Part shown: positions 1 to 9,034 of the stretch, in pieces
Layout of the letters: each line of letters starts with the position of its first letter
Numbering within the stretch: the stretch's first letter is position 1
Assembly: GCA_002506085.1 (NCBI GenBank)
Contig: DAWV01000017.1
Location: 2,602 to 66,601 of the forward strand
Source of the DNA: Methanocorpusculaceae archaeon UBA425
GTDB taxonomy: Archaea; Halobacteriota; Methanomicrobia; Methanomicrobiales; Methanocorpusculaceae
Length of the DNA stretch: 64,000 nt
Direction of reading: 5' to 3'
The notes under the pieces: generated by a model
Database searches by the model: none
What the model saw: the letters and a program-made list of their open reading frames with translations, nothing else
Told to the model about the DNA's origin: nothing
Position numbers and translations under genes: made by a program

Positions 1-236
1 ACAAGGACGGGGTTCATTCTTCCGTCAGCTTCGATTCCTGCCGCTTCTGCCTGGACCGCCTGCCCAATGCCGATCTGCCCGCCGGCATTCGTTACAAAAG
101 CAGCCGATGAGAGGTTCTGTGGTTTGAACGGGGCGACCCGGCAGCCATCCTGAGCCAGAATCCGGCAAAGCCCGGCTGTTAGGGTGGTTTTCCCGACATT
201 GGACATAGTCCCCATAACCATGAGTGTTTTTGCCAT
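1..236 (-). CDS. cbiP: Cobyric acid synthase, N-terminal part (runs off the window edge)
   Basis: Manual translation from ATG at 236: MAKTLMVMGTMSNVGKTTLTAGLCRILAQDGCRVAPFKPQN...IGIGQAVQAEAAGIEADGRMNPVL. The P-loop and FKPQN / QA..A / MNPVL motifs are those of CobQ/CbiP. Confidence 0.92.
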   Translation of the reverse strand, partial: MAKTLMVMGTMSNVGKTTLTAGLCRILAQDGCRVAPFKPQNLSSAAFVTNAGGQIGIGQAVQAEAAGIEADGRMNPVL

Positions 237-369
237 TTCTGTCTCCATCTCTATGTGATAAAATAGTATTGCTTTACTACTAAATATCTTTATGAGATGT
301 GTTGCTCAGCCTGTATTTACAGAATATAAAATAGGATTAAAATGAGAGGGGGGGTGTCCTGTATCTGTT

Positions 370-951
370 TTATTTTCTCAGACAGGGAATACAGATTCGT
401 CTTCCGTCAATAACCGGAGCAAATGCATCGGCAACCTGCTCACCGCAGACGGAACATATGACATTATTATAGATTTTTGCATGGCTGGGTAAGAGTTCTG
501 CTGTTTCTTTAACCAGGAACAATTTAGCCGCAGGAACTGCCAGAATATCATCGATGAACTTATGGGAAAGATGGTGAAACCGTTCAACTTCAGCAGTTGT
601 TGCTTTTCCTGCATTGATTTTCGGACGGAGGCTGACCATCTCCGGATTGACCGGCATGGCATTCGGATTTGCAACAAGACGGACGGAGGTGTTATTATCA
701 CGCCGGTAAAATGAAAATGCATTTTTTCCCCAGCAGTTGATAATCAAGTTACCCTTTCCTGCAGTACAGCCAAGAACAACCTGGATTGCATCAATTGTGC
801 AGGAATCCGTTTCGGTAATGCAGACAATCTCTTCATCCTCGGAAAAAGTAAGTCCGAGTTTTTCAACAGCAAGTTCACATGCCTTGTAACCCATGGCAAG
901 TCCGCCGCAGGTGTGACCGTGAAAAGCAACCGCCTCGCTAAATTTTTTCAT
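370..951 (-). CDS. FmdE-family protein with C-terminal zinc finger
   Basis: FHGHTCGGLAMG and C..DAIQ...GCT.GKGNL motifs; C-terminal CSVCGE...CIPC. Start moved to MKKF (951). Confidence 0.85.
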   Translation of the reverse strand: MKKFSEAVAFHGHTCGGLAMGYKACELAVEKLGLTFSEDEEIVCITETDSCTIDAIQVVLGCTAGKGNLIINCWGKNAFSFYRRDNNTSVRLVANPNAMPVNPEMVSLRPKINAGKATTAEVERFHHLSHKFIDDILAVPAAKLFLVKETAELLPSHAKIYNNVICSVCGEQVADAFAPVIDGRRICIPCLRK

Positions 952-1072
952 AAGAATATATTTTACATTCAAGCTATAATAATCATACTTATATTATATT
1001 CGTCACCGCATACAACATACAAATTAGATAATTATATTAATTCATATAACTAATTATCAAATTCGTAATACC

Positions 1073-2215
1073 ATGACGCGTATACTGAAATCTGCTGCGA
1101 CCATGCTGCTCTGTTTTTGTGTGGTTGCTCTCTGCCTGTGTGCAGGGTGTATTGGAACAGCTGACGAAACAGGTGATGGAACAATCACCATCACCGACTC
1201 TGCCGGCCGTGTTGTGACCGTGCCTGATAACCCCCAAAGAATCGCCGTCAGCGGTTCCGGTTCATCCAGATACTTTGCCTACCTCAACGTAACGGACCGG
1301 ATGGTAGCAATAGATTATCAGGACAGCAATCTTCTTGCTTTCACGGGTGAAGCCCGCCCTTACATGCTTGCCCATCCGGAAATCAAAGAGCTCCCTGCTC
1401 TTGGAACTGCAAAAGGTGTGGTTGATGCAGAGAAACTTCTTGCACTTAATCCCGATGTTTTGTTCATGGCAGGTTACAGTGACACAGCAATTCAATCCGC
1501 GAACGAGATTCAGGAAAAGACCGGGATACCCGTTGTTCTGTTCTACTCGGGAGATTATGTCACGAACGGGGACAAAGTGGCTGACTCCCTGAGAATCATT
1601 GCAAAAATCCTTCATGCAGAACCCCGCGCTGAAGAAGTGATTAAGTACTTCGCAGACACGCGTGCAGATCTCGAAAGCCGTGTTGCCGGCGTCGCTGAGG
1701 AGGATAAACCAACCGTGTATGTTGGCGGAATCTCCTACAGCGGAGCTCACGGGTTCGACGGGACCGACCCTGCCTATTATCCGTTCACTGTTCTTCATGC
1801 AAAGAATGCTGCCTCTGTCGTGAACACGACCACGAGCACCGGATACGCAGCGGTCTCGAAGGAGCAGATCATTGCATGGGATGCGGACATCATCTTTGTT
1901 GATCTTGGTACCAGAAGTGCCGCCGGCGGAGGAGGTATCTATGAACTCCAGACCGATCCGTCCTATCAGGAACTGAGCGCAGTAAAAGCCGGCGAAGTAT
2001 ATGCTGTCAATCCACACACTTCGATGGGCACAAACCATGAAACAAGTATGGCAAATGCCTACTATATCGGGACAATCCTTTACCCGGAACAGTTTGCCGA
2101 CATTGACCCTGCAGCAAAAGCAGATGAGATTTACACTTTCATTGACGGAGCTCCGGTCTATGAACAGTTGAAGGCGAACATGGACAATCTCTCCTATCAG
2201 AAAATCGTGTTATAA
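1073..2215 (+). CDS. Iron/cobalamin-type ABC transporter substrate-binding lipoprotein (BtuF/FepB class)
   Basis: Lipobox-like LCAGC, TITDSAGRVV.VP..P.RI motif, LSAVKAGEVY motif; followed by permease and ATPase genes. Confidence 0.88.
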   Translation: MTRILKSAATMLLCFCVVALCLCAGCIGTADETGDGTITITDSAGRVVTVPDNPQRIAVSGSGSSRYFAYLNVTDRMVAIDYQDSNLLAFTGEARPYMLAHPEIKELPALGTAKGVVDAEKLLALNPDVLFMAGYSDTAIQSANEIQEKTGIPVVLFYSGDYVTNGDKVADSLRIIAKILHAEPRAEEVIKYFADTRADLESRVAGVAEEDKPTVYVGGISYSGAHGFDGTDPAYYPFTVLHAKNAASVVNTTTSTGYAAVSKEQIIAWDADIIFVDLGTRSAAGGGGIYELQTDPSYQELSAVKAGEVYAVNPHTSMGTNHETSMANAYYIGTILYPEQFADIDPAAKADEIYTFIDGAPVYEQLKANMDNLSYQKIVL

Positions 2216-2217
2216 TT

Positions 2218-2343
2218 ATGCAGGCCAAACTCATCCCTTTATTTTTTGCAGGTCTCTGTGTGCTTGCACTCAGCCTTTGTGCCGGATGTGTCGGCACCCC
2301 TGACGCAGGCGATGGAACGATCAACATCACCCTTATGCCGTGA
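2218..2343 (+). pseudogene. 41-codon N-terminal remnant of a second substrate-binding lipoprotein
   Basis: Manual translation MQAKLIPLFFAGLCVLALSLCAGCVGTPDAGDGTINITLMP* aligns to the upstream SBP N-terminus (FCVVALCLCAGCIGTADETGDGTITIT) and then stops. Confidence 0.75.
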
Positions 2344-2355
2344 AATGGATAAATC

Positions 2356-3423
2356 ATGACAAAAGAAGAGAAAAAACCAACTAACTACAAAGCCTATGTC
2401 AGCAGGAAAGTCTCGGTTATTTTAATCGGAATCGCCGCGACTATCATCATGTTTCTCGTCTCCGTTTCGGTAGGTGCGGTTTCTATTCCGATACCCGACA
2501 TTATAACGACAATTTTCGGCGGCGGAGGAACGAGTCTTTATGAAAGAATCATCTGGAACATCAGAATTCCGCAGGCTTTGACCGCGATTGCTGCCGGAGC
2601 GGGGTTGGCAATTGCCGGTGTTTCCATGCAGTCCGTATTGCGTAACCCGCTTGCCTCTCCGTTTACACTGGGTCTTTCCAGTGCTGCGGCATTCGGCGCC
2701 GCTGTCGGCATTCTGCTTTTTGGTGCAGGAACAACCGGCAGCAGCATTGCCGATGCGGTTGTAATCAACAACCCGTATCTGACAACGCTGTCAGCATTTT
2801 TCTTTGCCATTCTGACAACAGTAATTATTCTGCTCATTGCAAAAATCCGTTCAGCAACTCCTGAAACCATGATTCTGGCAGGCGTTGCCATCAGTTCGCT
2901 ATTTAGCGCAGGCTTAATGGCGATTCAGTACTTCGTTGATGACACACGTCTTGCATCGATTGTTTTCTGGCAGTTTGGCGATGTTGCCAGAGCAAGCTGG
3001 ACAGAACTTGGCCTGATTACCCTGATGACAGTCATCTGCTTAATCTATTTCATCTACAAACGCTGGGACTACAACTCAATTGATGCAGGAGAAGAAACCG
3101 CAAAAGGTCTTGGCGTGAATGTTGAGCGTACGAGAATAATCGGTATGATTGCAGCATCACTGATTAGTGCAACTGTCGTGGCATTTCTCGGCATCATCGG
3201 CTTTGTCGGTCTCGTATGCCCGCATATGATGCGGCGTGTCGTCGGCGACGATCACCGATTTTTGATTCCGGCAAGTTTTGTCTGCGGTGCTGTTCTTCTG
3301 CTTATTTCTGATACGGTTGCAAGGACAGTAATCGCTCCTCACGTTTTACCAGTCGCGGTCCTTACGGCATTCCTCGGAGCACCGGTGTTTCTGTATCTCA
3401 TTATCATGAGGAGACGGGCATGA
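2356..3423 (+). CDS. FecCD/BtuC-family ABC permease
   Basis: IWNIRIPQAL, MQSVLRNPLASPFTLG, EETAKGLGV and IGFVGLVCPH motifs. Confidence 0.92.
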   Translation: MTKEEKKPTNYKAYVSRKVSVILIGIAATIIMFLVSVSVGAVSIPIPDIITTIFGGGGTSLYERIIWNIRIPQALTAIAAGAGLAIAGVSMQSVLRNPLASPFTLGLSSAAAFGAAVGILLFGAGTTGSSIADAVVINNPYLTTLSAFFFAILTTVIILLIAKIRSATPETMILAGVAISSLFSAGLMAIQYFVDDTRLASIVFWQFGDVARASWTELGLITLMTVICLIYFIYKRWDYNSIDAGEETAKGLGVNVERTRIIGMIAASLISATVVAFLGIIGFVGLVCPHMMRRVVGDDHRFLIPASFVCGAVLLLISDTVARTVIAPHVLPVAVLTAFLGAPVFLYLIIMRRRA

Positions 3424-4319
3424 CAGATAAATTATCTCACGAAGAGCACAGCCATGATGAAGAAATGCATATCCATCCTCATGTTCATTCAGAAGGATAT
3501 GTCCACACGCATGAACATCTTCACGGCGTTCCGCATGACCACCACACTGATGCGCCGGCACCTGCTCTGTTGAATGTTGACGGTGTTAATTTCGAGTACA
3601 AGACTGCGAGGGTCCTCAATGAAATCTGTGTCGGTGTTGCCCGCGGCGAAATTCTTGCGATTCTTGGTCCGAACGGCGTTGGAAAATCAACGCTTCTCAA
3701 ATGTATGAATTTGATTCTCCAGCCGAAAACAGGAACTATCATGCTTGGCGAGCTGAATCTGACAAAAATGAGCGGCAATGAAATTGCAAAAAATGTAGGC
3801 TACGTTGCCCAGAGAAATGACTCTGCCCGCATGACGGTTTTCGATTCGGTACTTCTCGGACGAAAACCGCATATCGGCTGGCGGGTCACAGACCATGATT
3901 ATACTATTGTAGAAAATGCAATAGAACAATTTGGTCTTACCGACATGCAGCTCAGGTACATTGACGAACTCTCCGGCGGTGAACTGCAGAGAGTCTGCCT
4001 TTGCCGGGCAATTGTACAGGAACCCTCAGTCCTTCTGCTGGATGAACCGACGAGTTCCCTTGATTTGTGCAGGCAGATGGAAATATTACGGGCCATTCGG
4101 AATGTCGTTGACCATCATGATGTGGCAACCGTAATGACGATGCATGATCTGAATCTGGCTCTCCGGTTTGCCGACCGGTTTTTGTTTATGAAAAATGGAA
4201 GAATTTATGCGATGTGCGATAAATCCGGCGTGACCTCGCAGATAATAGAGGATGTGTACGGGATCAAAGTCGATGTCATCCTGCATAATGAAATGCCTAT
4301 TGTGGTGCCGTGCGGATGA
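3420..4319 (+). CDS. FepC/BtuD-family ABC ATPase with His-rich N-terminal extension
   Basis: GPNGVGKS Walker A, LSGGE signature, LLLDEPT Walker B; 14 His in the first 44 residues. Confidence 0.9.
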   Translation: MTDKLSHEEHSHDEEMHIHPHVHSEGYVHTHEHLHGVPHDHHTDAPAPALLNVDGVNFEYKTARVLNEICVGVARGEILAILGPNGVGKSTLLKCMNLILQPKTGTIMLGELNLTKMSGNEIAKNVGYVAQRNDSARMTVFDSVLLGRKPHIGWRVTDHDYTIVENAIEQFGLTDMQLRYIDELSGGELQRVCLCRAIVQEPSVLLLDEPTSSLDLCRQMEILRAIRNVVDHHDVATVMTMHDLNLALRFADRFLFMKNGRIYAMCDKSGVTSQIIEDVYGIKVDVILHNEMPIVVPCG

Positions 4320-4363
4320 TCAGCCATGCAAACATCTTTGCTCTTCTAAGATCAGGAATTATT

Positions 4364-4801
4364 ATGACCGAACCGTATGTATGTACACCAATCGGCATGG
4401 TGGTCTCATCATTCAAGGAAAGAAGTCCCGCTCCGTTTCAGGACCGGAATACGGAACTCATCAGTAAAATCATCATAGATCCAAAGTATATTCCAGGTCT
4501 TGAAGGACTTTCAGCCGGGGAAGAGATATTTGTTCTTTGCTGGTTTGACCGGTCCGACCGCAGTGTTCTGCGTGTCCACCCGCGCGGTGACAGCAAAAAT
4601 CCTCTCACCGGCGTGTTCAACACCCGGTCACCGGACCGTCCAAACCCGGTGTCCCTGACTCTTGTCACCATCGAGGAGATACATGAAAATATCCTCACCG
4701 TACGCGGTCTGGATGCTCTGGATAACACGCCTGTCATCGATATCAAGCCCTATTCAACAAAGCTCCACGAAGAAAAATATCCCTGCGGGACACAGACATA
4801 A
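4364..4801 (+). CDS. trmO: TrmO/TsaA-like SAM-binding methyltransferase
   Basis: LCWFDR, GVFNTRSPDRPNPV and GLDALDNTPVIDIKPY motifs of the TsaA/TrmO family. Start moved to MTEP (4364). Confidence 0.85.
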   Translation: MTEPYVCTPIGMVVSSFKERSPAPFQDRNTELISKIIIDPKYIPGLEGLSAGEEIFVLCWFDRSDRSVLRVHPRGDSKNPLTGVFNTRSPDRPNPVSLTLVTIEEIHENILTVRGLDALDNTPVIDIKPYSTKLHEEKYPCGTQT

Positions 4802-4896
4802 ATGGTTTGAAGGATACTGGTTCCAGAAGGCCAGTTGCTCATATTATATGGATATAAATCCAATTTATTTTATAGTGAATGTATCATAAATTAATT

Positions 4897-5304
4897 ATGA
4901 GCAAACAAGGTTTACTGCTTATTGGCCATGGAAGCAGACTCAGTTATAATAAAGAACTCGTGACCTCCACTGCAGAACTCATGGGAATAAAAAGTGACGA
5001 GTTCCTGATAAAATCCTGTTTTATGGAACACAGTACCCCGAATGTTTCCGAGGGGATTGCCGGAATGAAAACTGAGGATATCGAACTCTTAGTTGTCGTA
5101 CCGCTATTCCTTGCAAAAGGGATTCATGTTCTTCATGATATACCTGACCTTCTTGGTCTCCCTGCCGGAGAGACGAAAGGGACTTTTACTCTTGACAATG
5201 AAAAAGTAATCCCCCTCATTTATGCAGATCCGATCGGAATTGACCCGCTTCTTGCAGATCTTATGCTGAAAAATGCACGAAAAGCCATTCAGACATATCA
5301 GTAA
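4897..5304 (+). CDS. cbiX: Short (CbiXS-type) sirohydrochlorin chelatase, Co (CbiX) or Ni (CfbA)
   Basis: LLLIGHGSR, VVVPLFLAKGIHV..DIP and YADPIG.DP motifs. Metal specificity cannot be read from sequence. Confidence 0.85.
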   Translation: MSKQGLLLIGHGSRLSYNKELVTSTAELMGIKSDEFLIKSCFMEHSTPNVSEGIAGMKTEDIELLVVVPLFLAKGIHVLHDIPDLLGLPAGETKGTFTLDNEKVIPLIYADPIGIDPLLADLMLKNARKAIQTYQ

Positions 5305-5358
5305 CATTTTTTTCGTCAGAAATACAGCCGGTGAATTCAACAGACGCAAAAGAGTGGT

Positions 5359-6519
5359 TCAGAAGTTTTCAATCACGCGAATATGCTGATCATATTCCTG
5401 ATTGAATGCTTCAACACGTGTGTGAACCCTGGCAAACATCCCGCCCGAGGTAAGAATCAGCGTGTTCTTTTTATTGATGGCTTTCAATACACATTTATCG
5501 ATTACCCCATAGGTGAATTCAGGACAGATATTGCCATTCCCGGCAAATGTTTTTGCTTTCGTCCCCATCGCACCGACGGCGGCAATGCTCCCTGATGCCA
5601 GGAGATTTTGCACGATTTCCGGAGAGGTATGTTCCACATCAGCCAGATAAATATCCCCGCATGTTTTCTCCTCTTTTCTTTGCAGTCCGCAGTTTTCACA
5701 AAGATAGGTAATGAAGTCCAATGCTGATTTCGGAAGTTTTTCAATCTGCGGCATGCCTTTTTCCGAGAGTCCTTCATAGAGCTCCAGGAGGACCGGCATA
5801 GAGAGTTTGCAGGATCTGACGAGGTCTTTGTTGTAAAAGACATCGCCGGGTTTTCCTGCCAGGAGGACAGTGCCGCCTTTGATAAGGAGAACACGGTCTG
5901 CCCAGGGATATGCAAGTTCCACATCATGCGTCGAGATAATGATGGTTTTTCCGTTTACCTGCATTTCATCCAGAAGTTCCATGATATCTTCGGACCCCGC
6001 CGGGTCAAGAGCACTTGTCGGTTCGTCAAAGACCAGAACATCCGGATTCATGGCAAGGATTCCTGCCATCGCAGCACGTTTCTTTTCCCCGCCCGAAAGC
6101 TGATGGATAGGCCGCCGCTCAAACCCGGCGAGACCTGTATCATTAAGAGCATCAAAAACAACGGTCCGTACTTCATCACGCGACATGCCAAGATTCACCG
6201 GACCGAAGGCAACATCCTGATAGACTGTCGGAGCAATTGTCTGCGTATCCGGATTCTGGAATACGAATCCCACTCTTCTCCGGATTTCCCGCAATGCCTC
6301 TCTATCATAGGTGAGCTTTTTTCCATTGAAAAGAATCTCCCCGGAATCTGGTTTGAGCATGCCGTTGAACATCAGAAGCAGTGTCGATTTTCCGGCACCA
6401 TTCGGTCCTACAAGAGCGATCTTCTCACCATGATTGATGGTGAACGATACATTATCCAGTGCTTTGGGCCCATTCGGATATTTATAACTGACATTATGTA
6501 ATTCAATGATTGGTTCCAT
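5359..6519 (-). CDS. cbiO: ECF Co/Ni transporter ATPase with extra C-terminal domain
   Basis: GPNGAGKS, VFQNPD, LSGGEKKR, DEPT; in the cbiMNQO cluster. Confidence 0.9.
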   Translation of the reverse strand: MEPIIELHNVSYKYPNGPKALDNVSFTINHGEKIALVGPNGAGKSTLLLMFNGMLKPDSGEILFNGKKLTYDREALREIRRRVGFVFQNPDTQTIAPTVYQDVAFGPVNLGMSRDEVRTVVFDALNDTGLAGFERRPIHQLSGGEKKRAAMAGILAMNPDVLVFDEPTSALDPAGSEDIMELLDEMQVNGKTIIISTHDVELAYPWADRVLLIKGGTVLLAGKPGDVFYNKDLVRSCKLSMPVLLELYEGLSEKGMPQIEKLPKSALDFITYLCENCGLQRKEEKTCGDIYLADVEHTSPEIVQNLLASGSIAAVGAMGTKAKTFAGNGNICPEFTYGVIDKCVLKAINKKNTLILTSGGMFARVHTRVEAFNQEYDQHIRVIENF

Positions 6520-6522
6520 GTT

Positions 6523-7317
6523 TTAGGCTCCGAATAGGATGAATCCGCGGGTATATACCGCAATTACTATGAGACCGGCCAGAAGTGCGATAACACCGGC
6601 CATGAGTGCCGGAGAAAATCTCAGATCATCAGCATTGAGGGCAAACTTTCCATCGTAACACCGGCAGTCCATTGCCATCATGAGATTTTCTCCTGCAATC
6701 CATGTGTTGATGAACAGGGAACCGGCCATCATACCATAGGAGTTGATTCCCTCTTTTGCCGAGCCGTAACCGAGCCGCATGACCTGGGAGGCATGTATCT
6801 GTGCAGCCTGCTCAATCAGCGTAAAGATAAAACGGTAGATCAGCATTGCAAGATCGATGAACTCATGCGGTATCCTGCATTTTGCCGCAGTCGTAAAAAG
6901 TTCCGTTACCGGTGTTGTGAGTGCTACAAAGAAGAGCGAGCACATACCGGCAAATACCCGTGAAAAAATCAGCAGACCTTCATTCAGACTGCCGGTACTG
7001 ACGACAATATTGAACCAGTCAAATACGGGAATGCTGAGAAGAGTGGTGCCGGAATTCCGGAGAAATATAATTACGAGTACACTGATGACTGCAAAACCGA
7101 GGGGGACCGTGAGGAGCATCAGGTAGAACTTCAGATTGATTTTTGCAAGAACCAGCGTCGCGAACATTGTTATTGCAATAATCAGGAGGGGAACTATGAT
7201 ACTTTGGGAAGAGATTGCAATGAGAATACAACCCAGACCAAAGACAAGTTTGATGACGGAGTGGATATCACGCAGATGATTGTTCTGCGCTACATTCTCC
7301 AGGAATTCATAATACAT
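6523..7317 (-). CDS. cbiQ: ECF Co/Ni transporter T component
   Basis: TTP..ELF, MLIYRFIF, QVMRLGY and MDCRCYDG motifs. Confidence 0.9.
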   Translation of the reverse strand: MYYEFLENVAQNNHLRDIHSVIKLVFGLGCILIAISSQSIIVPLLIIAITMFATLVLAKINLKFYLMLLTVPLGFAVISVLVIIFLRNSGTTLLSIPVFDWFNIVVSTGSLNEGLLIFSRVFAGMCSLFFVALTTPVTELFTTAAKCRIPHEFIDLAMLIYRFIFTLIEQAAQIHASQVMRLGYGSAKEGINSYGMMAGSLFINTWIAGENLMMAMDCRCYDGKFALNADDLRFSPALMAGVIALLAGLIVIAVYTRGFILFGA

Positions 7318-7386
7318 CCGAGTTTTCTCCAGGTCCTTTCCTCAGGTCTCCATCATCTGTGCCGGCCTGATTTTTAGTGAAAACTT

Positions 7387-7409
7387 AATTGATGCTAAAA
7401 CTATTTATA
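7387..7409 (-). promoter_or_regulatory. Putative TATA-box promoter of cbiQO, near-identical to the cbiMN promoter
   Basis: Minus strand TATAAATAGTTTTAGCATCAATT; matches 8736-8759 at 21 of 23 positions with a 1-nt indel. Confidence 0.55.
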
Positions 7410-7575
7410 TTTATCAAAATTAATTTACGTAAAAACTATTTATGTTACATTGCAGCAGGCAGTTTTTTTTCGAATTTTGCCGGAGTATGCAGACCGGATG
7501 TGCCGGCTGGTCTCCTCACTCATCGGCTTCAATAAAACAGTGGGGATATCGGTTACCTTAATTGAATAATCTATT

Positions 7576-7614
7576 AAAAAAAAGTTAGTTTAAAACCCGG
7601 AATTATAGTTCCGG
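7576..7614 (-). terminator. Putative terminator after cbiN
   Basis: Hairpin CCGGAA/TTCCGG (7597-7602 / 7609-7614) followed on the minus strand by T-runs. Confidence 0.5.
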
Positions 7615-7624
7615 ATTTATTCTC

Positions 7625-7951
7625 TCAGTTCTGCTGGTTTGTGTTGTTTTTCTTCATGCGTCTTTCAGTTGTCCAGCCGCCAAAGACCCAGCCAATCAGA
7701 AGACCCCCGAAAGCTGCCTGAAGGGCAAAGAGACAGGACTCAATTTCTCCAGACGGCGGAACAAAGGTATAATCAGCATTGTCAATCCACGGCAGGTAAT
7801 TATTGTTTTCCAGAATCACCGAGGCGCCGACATTATCCGACCCGCTCCAGCCTTCTTCATCACCATTGTACATTACCGAGTTCGTAAAGAGGAATATTCC
7901 AACGAATGCTATGATTCCAATGACCATGAGGATTTCCCAGAAATACTTCAT
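7625..7951 (-). CDS. cbiN: ECF cobalt transporter component CbiN
   Basis: WSGSD, Y.PW, PPSGEIESCLFALQAAFG motifs. Confidence 0.9.
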   Translation of the reverse strand: MKYFWEILMVIGIIAFVGIFLFTNSVMYNGDEEGWSGSDNVGASVILENNNYLPWIDNADYTFVPPSGEIESCLFALQAAFGGLLIGWVFGGWTTERRMKKNNTNQQN

Positions 7952-8646
7952 TCTCCAAACGCCCCCTTTACTTTTGTCACGGCTTCTTCAGAAAGAACAT
8001 TCAGCTTCACCAGAAGATCCGGTTTCAGAATTGTGATGTACTTGAAGATGACGATGAAGACCAGACCTTCCACAATTGCAAGAGGCACCTGGGTGACTGC
8101 GAAGACGCCAAGATAGGTGCCGAATGAAAGCAGGAAACCACCGGCAGTTGCCGGGAATGCAAGTGCAAGCTCAAGGGACGTTGCAACGTACGTCATCAGA
8201 TCACAGAGAACGGCAGCGATGAATACCGACCCGAAGAAGTTGAAGTTCACTTTTCTCAGACCCTTGAAGACAAGATAACCTACAAGAGGACCAATAATTG
8301 CCATCGAGACGACATTTGCTCCAAGTGTGGTAATACCACCGTGAGCAAGGAAGAGCGCCTGAAACACGAGAACGATGAATCCAAGTACAGTTGTGATGAA
8401 CGGGCCGAATGTAATCGATGACAGTGCGGTACCGGTTGGGTGTGAACAACTTCCGGTAACTGAAGGCAACTTCAGTGCTGAAAGAACAAAGATGAAACCT
8501 CCGGCGACACCGAGAAGAGGCAGAGCCTCACGATGTGTCTTAATGAGTTTCCTGAGCTGGTAACATCCGATGATGAGGAACGGGATCATGACAATCCACC
8601 AGAATATCGCCCATTCAATCGGCAGGAAACCTTCCATGATGTGCAT
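7948..8646 (-). CDS. cbiM: ECF cobalt transporter S component
   Basis: N-terminal MHIMEGFLP; LKLPSVTGSCSHPTG; LAHGGITTLGAN; TQVPLAIVEG. Confidence 0.95.
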   Translation of the reverse strand: MHIMEGFLPIEWAIFWWIVMIPFLIIGCYQLRKLIKTHREALPLLGVAGGFIFVLSALKLPSVTGSCSHPTGTALSSITFGPFITTVLGFIVLVFQALFLAHGGITTLGANVVSMAIIGPLVGYLVFKGLRKVNFNFFGSVFIAAVLCDLMTYVATSLELALAFPATAGGFLLSFGTYLGVFAVTQVPLAIVEGLVFIVIFKYITILKPDLLVKLNVLSEEAVTKVKGAFGE

Positions 8647-8735
8647 ATTTAGAACTCCTTTATGTGCATTTTTTTGACTCCATAAACTCTGTGAGAAATG
8701 GTCATGTGAAGTGGTGACGATTCACAGCACAAATA

Positions 8736-8759
8736 AATTGATGTTAAATCTATTTTATA
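8736..8759 (-). promoter_or_regulatory. Putative TATA-box promoter of cbiMN
   Basis: Minus strand TATAAAATAGATTTAACATCAATT, about 90-110 nt upstream of the cbiM ATG. Confidence 0.55.
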
Positions 8760-9034
8760 GTTGTTATGTGATGTTTATATTTTTAAAAAGAAAAATCCTA
8801 AGATTAATAGTATAGACGGAATAATTACCCGGATTCCGCAGAATCGCTGTTTTATGCAGGTCTGCTCTTTTTTTTTCTGATTTTTCCCGAACACGCGCTG
8901 CGCAAAAATGTATGAAGAAAACAACCGGCAGATTACCGGCAGTACCATGAACACCGTTTATTCGGGCAGCTATGATACCGTTCTATCCTGCATATGGTCC
9001 ACACGATTAAATATTTACTCCTACCATTTTATTT

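Noticed and set aside
7318-7386. Cobalamin riboswitch upstream of cbiQ (GGAGACCTG present)
   Set aside because: No GGGAA / GCCACTG / B12-box core; none found upstream of cbiM, cbiT or cbiP either.
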